Shown piece after piece: positions 14,351-23,142 of a DNA stretch of 39,452 nt. Source of the stretch: a virus; the IMG/VR virus record IMGVR_UViG_3300034069_000756, positions 1 through 39,452 of that record. One strand, written 5' to 3'. The number at the start of each line of letters is the position of its first letter. Position 1 is the first letter of the stretch. The position numbers were made by a program, and so were the translations under genes. The notes under the pieces were generated by a model, which saw nothing but the letters and a program-made list of their open reading frames with translations, did not search any database and was not told the DNA's origin.

Positions 14351-16260
14351 TCGCCTCTGCGCCAGACGGTGTGAACGAGATCAGCGGCAAGCAGGACACG
14401 ATCCCTGAAGCCCTCAAGCCCGCCAAGCCCGATATGGCCAGGCTGCGGCGCATGTTTGACAGTTCGCGCGAGGCTACCAGCGAGGCCCGTGCCGCTGCTG
14501 AGAAGTTTCGCGACTATTTCGACGGCAAGCAGCTTTCGAGTGAAGTGCTGCGGGTGTTGGGCCTTCGAAAGCAGCCCCCGATCTGGACCAACCGCATCCG
14601 ACCAGCGATCAATGGTGTTCTCGGCACGCTCATTGCGGCAAAGGCCGACCCACGAGCTTACCCGCGCAACCCGAGCAACGAAAACGAGGCGGACGTAATC
14701 TCCAAGGTGTTGCGGTTCATCGCCGACACCAACCGTTTCGACCAGACCAAGATCGATTGCGCCGAGAACCACCAGGTCGAGGGTATCTGCGCCTGCATCA
14801 TCGAGGCGGACGGCGACGACGTGCCGGTGTCGCAGGTCCGGTATGAGGAGTTCTTCTACGATCCCTACTCGCGCCGGCATGACTTCAAGGACGCCAAGTA
14901 TCTGGGCATCGCCAAGTGGATGTATGCGGCCGACGTTCAGGCACTCTATCCCAAAGCCTATCAGGAGATGGGCGACCCGATCGATGGCGCAGTAAGCGGG
15001 TTGGAAGCGACGTGGGGCGACCGTCCCGAGAACACCCTACCTTGGATCGATAAGGCCAAGCGCCGGCTAATGGTGGTGGAAGTCTATTACCGCGAGGGCG
15101 GCGAGTGGATGCGCTGCGTCTACTGCGCGGCGGGTGTATTCGACCATCAGGTTTCGCCCTATCGGGATGACCGGGGGCATAGCGTCTGCCCGATTGAGGC
15201 CACCAGTTGCTATGTGGCTCGCGACAATACGCGGTATAGCGGCGTGCGGGACATGATCCCGATCCAGGACGAGATCAACGCCAGCCGCTCGCGAGCGCTC
15301 CACCTGATGAATTCCCGGCAGGTGCAGCAGAGCGATCCGCAAGCAGGCCCGGTTGACCCCACGACGGCGCGCGAGGAAGCAGCACGGGCGGACGGCGTTA
15401 TCCCGGCTGGCTGGCGATTAGTCCCCACGTCCGACATGACCGCCGGCAACATGGAGCGTATGAAGGAGGCCAAGGCCGAGATCGAGCGCATGGGGCCGAC
15501 GCCTGCCATTCTTGGCCGTACCGGCGCCGAGAGCCAGTCGGGGCGAGCGCGCCAAATCCTGCAAGCGGCCGGCATGACCGAGCTGTCTCGGCCACTCGGG
15601 CATTTGGAGGATTGGGAGGAGCGCGTCTATCGCCAGATGTGGTTCCGCGCCAAGCAATACTGGACCGGGCCGCGCTTCGTGCGGATCAGCGCTGATCAAA
15701 ACGCGTTGCAGTTCCTCGCCCTCAACAAGCCTGTCATGGCGCCAGTGCAGCGCGAGGTGCCGTTGGTGCATCCTGAAACGCAAGAGCCTGTCCCCCACCC
15801 CGAAACAGGCTATCCTCTTACTACCGTGGTCCAGTCCATCGAGCCGGTCGGGTACGAGAACCAGATCAGCGAAATGGACGCTGATATCATCCTCGATACG
15901 GTTCAGGACACGGCCAACCTCGCGCAGGAGGTGTGGGCCGACCTGCTTCAACTCGCTCAGACGGTGCCGATCGGCTCGCCGCAGTTCATGATCGCGCTGG
16001 AACTGTCGCCGCTGCCGAACAAGGCGGAGATCATCGAGAAGATCAAGACGTATGCGGCGCAGCAGCAGCAGGGACCGGACCCAGCCCAGCAGGCCGCGCA
16101 GCAGCTTGAGTTGGCGGATAAGCAGGCGGGTGTCGCGCAAAAGCAGGCTTCGACCGAAAAAGACCTCGCCAATGCTGCACGCACACGGGCGGAAGCAGAG
16201 ACCATGCTGACCGGGGCTACCGATCAAGCAGTGGGCGCAGGAACTACCCTGCACTTCTAG
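14347..16260 (+). CDS. Portal protein
   Basis: 637 aa, directly after the terminase, with a Gln-rich helical C-terminal barrel-like tail (AAQQQQGPDPAQQAAQQLELADKQAG). Confidence 0.8.
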   Translation: MIASAPDGVNEISGKQDTIPEALKPAKPDMARLRRMFDSSREATSEARAAAEKFRDYFDGKQLSSEVLRVLGLRKQPPIWTNRIRPAINGVLGTLIAAKADPRAYPRNPSNENEADVISKVLRFIADTNRFDQTKIDCAENHQVEGICACIIEADGDDVPVSQVRYEEFFYDPYSRRHDFKDAKYLGIAKWMYAADVQALYPKAYQEMGDPIDGAVSGLEATWGDRPENTLPWIDKAKRRLMVVEVYYREGGEWMRCVYCAAGVFDHQVSPYRDDRGHSVCPIEATSCYVARDNTRYSGVRDMIPIQDEINASRSRALHLMNSRQVQQSDPQAGPVDPTTAREEAARADGVIPAGWRLVPTSDMTAGNMERMKEAKAEIERMGPTPAILGRTGAESQSGRARQILQAAGMTELSRPLGHLEDWEERVYRQMWFRAKQYWTGPRFVRISADQNALQFLALNKPVMAPVQREVPLVHPETQEPVPHPETGYPLTTVVQSIEPVGYENQISEMDADIILDTVQDTANLAQEVWADLLQLAQTVPIGSPQFMIALELSPLPNKAEIIEKIKTYAAQQQQGPDPAQQAAQQLELADKQAGVAQKQASTEKDLANAARTRAEAETMLTGATDQAVGAGTTLHF

Positions 16261-16429
16261 CACCACTAGCGCTTGCGCATCCTCCATAATGTTCCCGCTC
16301 CTATGCTTGAATAGGAGACGGGTCGCCGTCGTGCGGGCGTTTTCGGGTTTCGGCCCGTCAAACCGAAACGGGCCGCCGCCGTTGCCGGGCGCTGCGTGAG
16401 CCGCCGACGAACGGGCGGGAGGGGTCACA

Positions 16430-17188
16430 ATGGACGATTTCGAGCGCGTTTTTGATCAGTCCGAACCGGCGCCGATGGAAGCGGTTGCCGAGCCGGTGGT
16501 GGTTGAGGACGTAACTCCCCAGCCGGCAGCCGAACCCGAGCCTGCCGTCGCCGTGGAGCCCCAGCCGGAGCCTGAGCAGCCCCGCGAGGACAATGGTCGG
16601 TATGCGCCGATCAGTGCCCTCCAGGAGGAGCGGCAGAAGCGGCAGGAACTCGAACGCACTGTCGCTGAAATGCGGGCGGCGCAGCAGCTGAAGCCGCAGC
16701 CGGCCGAACAGCCGAAGGTTCCCGACCCTTACGATGATCCCCAGGGCTATCGCCAGTTCATCCAGAACGAAACGCGCGAGCAGTTGTTGCAAGAGCGTTT
16801 CCGGATGAGCCAGGAGATGGCTCGTACGCAATACGGCGCCGAAACTGTCGACGCTGCCAAGGCATGGGCGCAGGACCGAGCTTCGCGCGATCCGGCGTTC
16901 GACATGGCGTTGTCCCAGCAGGCGCACCCAATCGCGTGGATCGTCCAGCAGCACAAGAAAGACGGCCTGATGGCCGAGATCGGCACCGACCCGGACGCCT
17001 ATGTCCGCCGTCGCGCGGCCGAGCTTGGCATCGGTGCCGTTCCCGCAACCCCGGCGGCCCCGGTCGCCGTTCCGCAATCGGCTCCTGCTCCGACACCCCG
17101 TTCGCTTGTCTCCGCGCCCGCCGCTGGCGGTGCTGTGAAGGACATTCCGACCGGACCTATGTCGGCGCTGGATGCTACCTTCAAGTGA
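16430..17188 (+). CDS. Scaffolding protein
   Basis: Located between portal and capsid. Acidic, Pro/Glu/Gln-rich and helical. GGAGGGG SD. Confidence 0.65.
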   Translation: MDDFERVFDQSEPAPMEAVAEPVVVEDVTPQPAAEPEPAVAVEPQPEPEQPREDNGRYAPISALQEERQKRQELERTVAEMRAAQQLKPQPAEQPKVPDPYDDPQGYRQFIQNETREQLLQERFRMSQEMARTQYGAETVDAAKAWAQDRASRDPAFDMALSQQAHPIAWIVQQHKKDGLMAEIGTDPDAYVRRRAAELGIGAVPATPAAPVAVPQSAPAPTPRSLVSAPAAGGAVKDIPTGPMSALDATFK

Positions 17189-17197
17189 GCATAAGCA

Positions 17198-18352
17198 ATG
17201 GCAGAAGTTCAACTGGCCTCCGCTTCCGAGAAGCAGGTCTGGGTAACCGGGTTTCTCACCGAGTATGTCCGAGAGTCCGGCCTCAAGCCGTACATGGGCA
17301 CCGGCGAAACCTCCATCATTCGCATCCGTAAGGAGCTTCAGTCGCAGGCGGGCGTGGCGATCAACGTCCCGCTGGTCACCCGGCTCAAGGGGCGCGGTGT
17401 CGTTGGCGCTGAGGTGCTGAGCGGCAACGAGGACGACCTCGGCAACTACAACGACCAGGTGCGGGTCAACTGGCTTCGCAACGGCGTGCGCGTGCCGAAG
17501 TCGACCAGCTATCGCACCGAAATCGATCTGCTCGACGCGGCCAAGGTGCAGCTTCGCACGTGGGACGCCGAGCGCCTTCGTGACGACGTGATCGCCGAGA
17601 TTGGCTCGGTCATCATTCCCGGCGTGCAGGATGCGAACGGCATTGCTGGCACTGACTCATCACTGCTGTTCGTCAACGCCACGGCGGCGCAGAAGAACAC
17701 CTACCTCCAGACCAACAGCGATCGGTTCCTGTTCGGTAACGCGATCAGCAACGGTTCGTCGGGCGTCTATGCGACGGCGGCGGGCAACGTCAGTGCTTCG
17801 ACCGGCAAGATGACGGCGGCCACGATCACTCTCGCCAAGCGCATCGCGCGCACGGCTGGGCAGACCACGGCCACCACCAACATCCGGCCGTTCAAGTCGG
17901 ACATGACTTCCGGCCGCGAGTGGTTCGTCATGTTCGTGCCGAGCTTGGTGTTCCGCGACCTGAACGCCGATCCGGTCATCATCCAGGCCAACACCCAGGC
18001 TCGCGCCCGCGAGGGTGATGCGATGGAGCGCAACCCGCTCTTCCAGGACGGCGACCTGATCTACAACGGCGTCATCATCCGGGAAATCCCGGAGTTCAAC
18101 GCCGCCAACGGCATGATCCTGCCGGGCGCGGGCGCGGGCGGCATCCAGCTCGGTCGCTCGTTCCTGATGGGTCAGTCGGCGATCACCGTCGCTTACGGCC
18201 AGGATCCCCGCCCCACCACGGCGAAGGACGACGACTACGGCTTCCGCCCTGGCGTCGGCATCGAGGAGCTGCGGGGTCAGAAGAAGACCTCGTACCTCGG
18301 CCAGATGTACGGCGCGGTCGAGATCGTCACCGCCGCCACCCCGGACAATTAA
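17198..18352 (+). CDS. Major capsid protein
   Basis: 384 aa after the scaffold. The N-terminal region EKQVWVTGFLTEYVRESGLKPYMGTGETSIIR resembles N4-gp56-type/HK97-fold capsid proteins. Confidence 0.8.
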   Translation: MAEVQLASASEKQVWVTGFLTEYVRESGLKPYMGTGETSIIRIRKELQSQAGVAINVPLVTRLKGRGVVGAEVLSGNEDDLGNYNDQVRVNWLRNGVRVPKSTSYRTEIDLLDAAKVQLRTWDAERLRDDVIAEIGSVIIPGVQDANGIAGTDSSLLFVNATAAQKNTYLQTNSDRFLFGNAISNGSSGVYATAAGNVSASTGKMTAATITLAKRIARTAGQTTATTNIRPFKSDMTSGREWFVMFVPSLVFRDLNADPVIIQANTQARAREGDAMERNPLFQDGDLIYNGVIIREIPEFNAANGMILPGAGAGGIQLGRSFLMGQSAITVAYGQDPRPTTAKDDDYGFRPGVGIEELRGQKKTSYLGQMYGAVEIVTAATPDN

Positions 18353-18364
18353 GGAGTAGCGATC

Positions 18365-18805
18365 ATGGCAGCATATCAGAGCATTGAGGTCGCCCAGCGC
18401 TACCCCGTTTCGGGACCCGGTATGGGTGGCCGCAAGGGCGAGCATGCGCGCGGCGAGTTCACCACGACTGCCGCGCTGGCGGCAGGCGACACGGTCGACC
18501 TGTTCTACCTTCCTCCTGGCGCGCGCATCGTGGGCGGTTTCGTCAAGGCGGCGGGTCTCGATACCAGTACGGCCATCACCCTGAATGTCGGCACCACGGC
18601 CAATCCCACGCTGTTCTTCAACGGCAGCACGGCGGGCCAGTCGACCGGCGCCGTCGACCGCAACATGGCGTCGACCGGCACCGACTATTACACCAACCGT
18701 ACGCGGACGCTGGTCCGTGCCACGGTGGCCACGGGGCCGACGACGGGCGCGACCGGTGCCACGCTGGTCGTTTCGATCAGCTATACCGTCGAGGAGCCGC
18801 GCTGA
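18365..18805 (+). CDS. Virion structural protein (possible capsid decoration or accessory protein)
   Basis: 146-aa Gly/Thr/Ala-rich beta-type protein immediately after the capsid gene. Confidence 0.5.
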   Translation: MAAYQSIEVAQRYPVSGPGMGGRKGEHARGEFTTTAALAAGDTVDLFYLPPGARIVGGFVKAAGLDTSTAITLNVGTTANPTLFFNGSTAGQSTGAVDRNMASTGTDYYTNRTRTLVRATVATGPTTGATGATLVVSISYTVEEPR

Positions 18806-19194
18806 TGCCCGCCCATAAACTGGTGACGTGGCTGGGAGACGCCGACCCCCAGGTGCAGACGATCACTGATGGCGGTGTCACCTTCGTCAAGGGGCGACCT
18901 GAGAAGGTCTCGGAGGGCCATAGCTGGATCGGCAAGTTCAGCGAGAACCCTCATTTCTCGGTCGATGACGACGCGGAGGTGGAAGATGCTGGCGAAGATG
19001 ACGAGATCGCCGCCGTCAAGGCGTCTCTGGACGCCAAGGGCGTCAAGTACCGGGCGAACGCCTCGCTTTCCTCGCTCCGCACTCTGCTGGCGGCGAACAC
19101 CGACACCGGCGAGCATGACGATCCGAAGATCGATCAGGTCGGCGCGGTCGATGCCCAGGATATGACCCCCGATCAGGTCAAGAAGGGCAAGTAA
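18805..19194 (+). CDS. Hypothetical head-module protein with a HeH/SAP-like motif
   Basis: EIAAVKASLDAKGVKYRANASLSSLRTLLA is a helix-extension-helix-like motif flanked by acidic tracts. Confidence 0.45.
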   Translation: MPAHKLVTWLGDADPQVQTITDGGVTFVKGRPEKVSEGHSWIGKFSENPHFSVDDDAEVEDAGEDDEIAAVKASLDAKGVKYRANASLSSLRTLLAANTDTGEHDDPKIDQVGAVDAQDMTPDQVKKGK

Positions 19195-19195
19195 G

Positions 19196-19861
19196 GTGGC
19201 GACGTGCCGCTCGGTCATCAACACAGCGCTCCGCAAAATCGGGGTGTTGGCTGCTGGCCGGGAGGCACGTCCTACCGACGCTGCGGACGCGCTGGCGTCG
19301 CTTCAGTCTCTCTACTTGGGGCTGATCGACGGCGGCGCGTTCGGGCGGTTGATCGACGTGGTGCCGCTCGGGACGCATTACACGTCGAGCGGCAACGAGC
19401 GTATTTTCCGCAATTCCGATGCCACCATGACGATCGGATTGCCTGAGGTCGTGCCGGATGCGTTCGGCAGCGCCACCTACGGCACGATGGTCACGATCAG
19501 CACGGACGGCGACACGACGACGGTTGATGTGAAGCCGGCCCAGCCCATCGGCTACGTCAAGCCGCCTAGGGACTGCTCTCCCGTAGTGATCGCGGACGCT
19601 TTCACCGGGTCGACCACCACGTACCTGTACGATGGCGGGATCAAGCTATGGCAGACCGTTGACGGGTTGACGCTGGACGGGGTTGCCCCGCTCGCCGCCC
19701 GCAACCCTGATGGGATGGCATCGCTTCTAGCGGCTCAGATCGCGGATCAGTTTGGCGGCGACCTGCCCGCCCTGACCGCTCGATCGGCTGCACTGTTTCA
19801 GTCTGGGTTGTCCACTCGCTTCTCCGCGCCGCGCGAGGAAGCCGCAGGGGTCTACATGTGA
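19196..19861 (+). CDS. Head-to-tail adaptor, P22 gp4-like
   Basis: The N-terminus SVINTALRKIGVLAAGREARPTDAADALASLQSLYLGLI parallels P22 gp4 [37 protein letters not shown]. Confidence 0.6.
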   Translation: MATCRSVINTALRKIGVLAAGREARPTDAADALASLQSLYLGLIDGGAFGRLIDVVPLGTHYTSSGNERIFRNSDATMTIGLPEVVPDAFGSATYGTMVTISTDGDTTTVDVKPAQPIGYVKPPRDCSPVVIADAFTGSTTTYLYDGGIKLWQTVDGLTLDGVAPLAARNPDGMASLLAAQIADQFGGDLPALTARSAALFQSGLSTRFSAPREEAAGVYM

Positions 19862-20130
19862 CGACGCAGGTCATCCGCGCTGGGTCGACCGTCCGTGTCG
19901 TGGTGCAGGGGCGGAGCATCGTCGGTACGGCTATCGACGCTTCCGGGCATCTGATCGTCACCTACTCGGACGGTGCGACTGATAATGCTGGGTATATCGT
20001 AGGCGGAACGCCCCCTTTGGCAACCATCGCCAATACTCGCAGCGATAGCATCCTGGTCGGCTCTGCCGTTTCGGGCTTTATGACCGCCGCTCAGGCTGTG
20101 GTTGACCTCATCAACGCACAAGGTTCGTAG
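19858..20130 (+). CDS. Small virion-module protein (90 aa)
   Basis: GTGA-coupled to the adaptor gene. Confidence 0.45.
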   Translation: MTTQVIRAGSTVRVVVQGRSIVGTAIDASGHLIVTYSDGATDNAGYIVGGTPPLATIANTRSDSILVGSAVSGFMTAAQAVVDLINAQGS

Positions 20131-20132
20131 CC

Positions 20133-22298
20133 ATGGCTCGCGCTCCCCTCGTCATTTCTGGGTCAGACCCGGTGAACGTCACACTGGCGAACATCACAGC
20201 TTATGTAAATGCGGGCACAGCGTCAACGCCGACCCCCGCCGCGTTCACCATGACCCAGCTTACTTCCGCGAACCGGGTCTATCAGCGTGCCAGTTCAACC
20301 GGCGGGGCGCCGGGCAAAGGCACCGGAACGATCCCGGTCGCGGTGAACGTGACCACGGTCGGCACGCCACGGTTCCGCATCCGCAGCAGCGACGGTACCA
20401 CGATCCTGCAAGCGGCGACGGCGCTGCCGGCTTTCGCCGCGACCGGGGCGCAGACCCTAAATGTGACCGGCGTGGAAGCCCGGCTGGGTTGGTTCTACCT
20501 CGACCTCAGCGCAGACGGGGCAACGTGGCAGAATGGCACCGTGCTGGTCGGCATGGGCCGGCTGGTCGCCTTGGCGGGACAGAGCCTCGCCGTGCGCATG
20601 TTGGGCCGGATGGACGGCCAAAACGCCACCAACGCCTCGCTGGGGGTGGCACCAAGCGCCATGAGCGCGGTTTTCGCAACCTATACCGATGACCAGAGAA
20701 CCGTCAGCAGCCCGCATTGGGCGACGCCGGCGGACGGCACGGATTACGATAGCACTTTCGTCGGCGAGTTCCTGCGCCTCCAGGTCGCCGCGGCGGGGGT
20801 GAATTGCGGCTTGGTCGGTCACGCACGCGGCGCGCAGTCGGTGACGGCGTTCGTGCCCGGCGGCAGCGAGAACCCGAAGCTGCGGGCCAATCTCGATGCA
20901 GCGGGCGGCTTCGAGACGTTCGTCTGGATGCAGGGCCACAGCGACTCCGGCGCCGGCATGGATGCAACGACCTACCAGAACGACCTCTCGCTGGTCGTGA
21001 ATGACATCGCCGCCCACAATGGGGTGCGCGGAACGGCGTTCGACAGGCTGGTCTGCACGATCCCCAACATCAACTCGACCTCGTGGGGCAGCTTCGCCCA
21101 GCAGCAGGTAATTCGCGCGGCGGCTAACGCCTGGGCGTCGGCGAACAATGGCGTCTATGTTGACCCGCGCGATCTCGACCTGATCGATGGCGTTCACCAG
21201 TCGCAGCTTGGCTCCGTCTATCTGGCCCGTCACTTCTACCGCGCTAGCCGGCTAGGCCTCGGTCTCGCGCGCGGCGATCTCGGCCCCACCATCACGGCGG
21301 TGAGCCGGGCGGCGGGAAGCGCCAACGTCGTGCTTACCGCCGCGTTGCCGAGTGGTGCGTCGGCGCTAGTCGCGGTGGGTTCGCCCGCCAGCCGCTTCGC
21401 GGTGTGCAACCGGGGCAGCACGGCGGCGCTCGCACTGGACGGAACGTCGCCGCTTACGATTTCTGGAACGACGATCACCCTGAAACTCGCCCAGGTGCCG
21501 GCCGATAATCAGGCGCTCGACGTCTATTTCTGCCCCTCGCCCGACCCGTCGAACGACGGGCAGACGAACATGCTCTATGACGACAATGCCAACGACGGGG
21601 ATGGGCTGACGCGCGGGCGCCAGTTCACAGCGAGCCTCGCGCCCTTCACCATCGCCGGGGCTGCGGCCAGCGTCCGCGTCGGCCCCGACCTGACGCCAGG
21701 CGGCAATCCGACGTTCCAGCCGGCGGCGAGCGGCTTCGGGCAAGAGAGGCTGACCGGCTTCGCTAAGGGCGCGGCCAGTGACGGGTCGGACGTGTTGCAA
21801 AACAGCTTTACCTTCACGGTTGCCCTGACCTTCTCCCGTTCGGGCAACCCCGGCAACGTCGAGGTTATGGCCGGCATCAATGCCCGCTTTTGGATTGGGA
21901 TCGCCTCAACCGGGCAGATCGTGGTCAACACCGGCAGCGATAATTATATAGGCGGTACAGGCCCCAGCGGCGGGGGCAGCAACCCGGTCGTGACGGACGG
22001 CGCGAGGCATAAGGCGGCTGTGGTCACAACTGCGTCTGGTTGTGCGCTCTACCTCGACGGCAAGCTAACGGCATCCAGCTCCAATTACCCAAATTTCCAA
22101 GGCTCTGGCGTGTTCAGTCTGGGCAACTTCCTCGACAGCTATGCCTTCGGTGGCGCAATAGACGAGCTGGCCACGTTCAACACCGCCCGCTACTCGGGCA
22201 GTTCCTATCCCGTTGAGACCACGCCGTTCACCGGCACTGAGCCGGGCATCGTCGCGCTCTACCATCTGAACGGCGACTTCAACGCCGCGCGGGTATGA
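20133..22298 (+). CDS. Tail or receptor-interacting protein with a SASA/SGNH-like carbohydrate esterase region and a C-terminal LamG-like lectin domain
   Basis: ALAGQSLAV and FVWMQGHSDSG resemble the GQSN / WxQGExD motifs of sialate O-acetylesterase-like enzymes. The C-terminus DGARHKAAVV...LYLDGKL...FGGAIDELATFN is LamG-like. Confidence 0.5.
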   Translation: MARAPLVISGSDPVNVTLANITAYVNAGTASTPTPAAFTMTQLTSANRVYQRASSTGGAPGKGTGTIPVAVNVTTVGTPRFRIRSSDGTTILQAATALPAFAATGAQTLNVTGVEARLGWFYLDLSADGATWQNGTVLVGMGRLVALAGQSLAVRMLGRMDGQNATNASLGVAPSAMSAVFATYTDDQRTVSSPHWATPADGTDYDSTFVGEFLRLQVAAAGVNCGLVGHARGAQSVTAFVPGGSENPKLRANLDAAGGFETFVWMQGHSDSGAGMDATTYQNDLSLVVNDIAAHNGVRGTAFDRLVCTIPNINSTSWGSFAQQQVIRAAANAWASANNGVYVDPRDLDLIDGVHQSQLGSVYLARHFYRASRLGLGLARGDLGPTITAVSRAAGSANVVLTAALPSGASALVAVGSPASRFAVCNRGSTAALALDGTSPLTISGTTITLKLAQVPADNQALDVYFCPSPDPSNDGQTNMLYDDNANDGDGLTRGRQFTASLAPFTIAGAAASVRVGPDLTPGGNPTFQPAASGFGQERLTGFAKGAASDGSDVLQNSFTFTVALTFSRSGNPGNVEVMAGINARFWIGIASTGQIVVNTGSDNYIGGTGPSGGGSNPVVTDGARHKAAVVTTASGCALYLDGKLTASSSNYPNFQGSGVFSLGNFLDSYAFGGAIDELATFNTARYSGSSYPVETTPFTGTEPGIVALYHLNGDFNAARV

Positions 22299-22314
22299 TG
22301 ATCTCTGTGCCCGA

Positions 22315-22470
22315 ATGAGCATGATCCTCAGCCAAACTGCCCACCCATTGCCTGTCCAAAGTGCAGCCGTAGCACTTTGCGGGATTGGGATTCTTGTAGG
22401 GGCATCGGTTTCTACCGAGCGACTTAAACAGCATGGCGGCTTTATGGAGCAGCAACATGCTCAACAGTAA
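22315..22470 (+). CDS. Candidate 51-aa membrane peptide (below the track cutoff)
   Basis: Hand-translated as MSMILSQTAHPLPVQSAAVALCGIGILVGASVSTERLKQHGGFMEQQHAQQ. It lies in the AT-richer stretch, and the competing minus ORF 22279..22509 cannot be excluded. Confidence 0.3.
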   Translation: MSMILSQTAHPLPVQSAAVALCGIGILVGASVSTERLKQHGGFMEQQHAQQ

Positions 22471-22510
22471 CTCGTCGCTGCTAAGCCAGCAAGTAGAGGC
22501 ATTATCCAAA

Positions 22511-22843
22511 ATGGATCACTGCCCTCTCTGCAACGCTCCAAAGGCAGAACGCCACACGCGCGGCCCGCTAACCACCCAGCTAAGCCCGCCCGGAGCATGG
22601 TGGAAGGGCAAGCCGCTGCTGGTCACGGGCTATCAATTGCAACTGCTCGACCTGTTTTGCCGGCTCGGCAAGGCGTCGCACTTCGCGGTTCAGGCGATTG
22701 GAGCGGGCGAGAACGCCGCGCCCGCGACCATCCAGACCGTGATCTGCGGCCTTCGCAAGAAGCTGCCGAACGGCGCCAGGATCATCAGCATTTTCGGGTG
22801 GGGCTACGAACTCATCCTGACCACGGACGGAGAAGGCACATGA
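22511..22843 (+). CDS. Zn-finger plus OmpR/PhoB-type winged-helix DNA-binding protein (110 aa; ORF extends to 22433)
   Basis: MDHCPLCNAP..., then VTGYQLQLLDLFCRLGKASHFAVQAIG...TIQTVICGLRKKLPNGARIISIFGWGYELI follows the Trans_reg_C pattern (LT..E..LL..L..., RLRKKL, G.GY.L). Confidence 0.6.
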   Translation: MDHCPLCNAPKAERHTRGPLTTQLSPPGAWWKGKPLLVTGYQLQLLDLFCRLGKASHFAVQAIGAGENAAPATIQTVICGLRKKLPNGARIISIFGWGYELILTTDGEGT

Positions 22844-23136
22844 CCGACACGAACACCAAGGAACTACTCGCCCAGCAGGTAGCCGCCCTGCCCGACACCG
22901 GAGCCGTCGCCGCGTTGGTGTTCGTCACGGCGGCCGACCATGTGGCGGTCAATGCTCCCAATATGACCATGGCGACGGTCACTCGTCTGCTGGACAGTGC
23001 CTTGAACGGGCCAGGGCAGACGTTCGGAGAGATGAAGAAGGAGCCGGCCGTGCCTCTACCGTTGTTGATCGCTGCGGGAACGTCCGTGGCAACGCTGCTG
23101 ATCATCGTGGCCACGATCCTGGTCCACGTCCTCTAG
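22840..23136 (+). CDS. Tail-anchored membrane protein (98 aa)
   Basis: ATGA overlap with the wHTH gene. The C-terminal PLPLLIAAGTSVATLLIIVATILVHVL is a TM helix. Confidence 0.55.
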   Translation: MTDTNTKELLAQQVAALPDTGAVAALVFVTAADHVAVNAPNMTMATVTRLLDSALNGPGQTFGEMKKEPAVPLPLLIAAGTSVATLLIIVATILVHVL

Positions 23137-23142
23137 CTAGCC

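Noticed and set aside
22279-22509. 76-aa minus-strand ORF between the tail genes, and the long 22433 start of the wHTH ORF.
   Set aside because: The minus ORF would converge on the tail gene stop with no SD and shows no family features. The N-terminal 26 residues of the long wHTH form are low-complexity (SSNMLNSNSSLLS). The start at 22511 is preferred but unverified.
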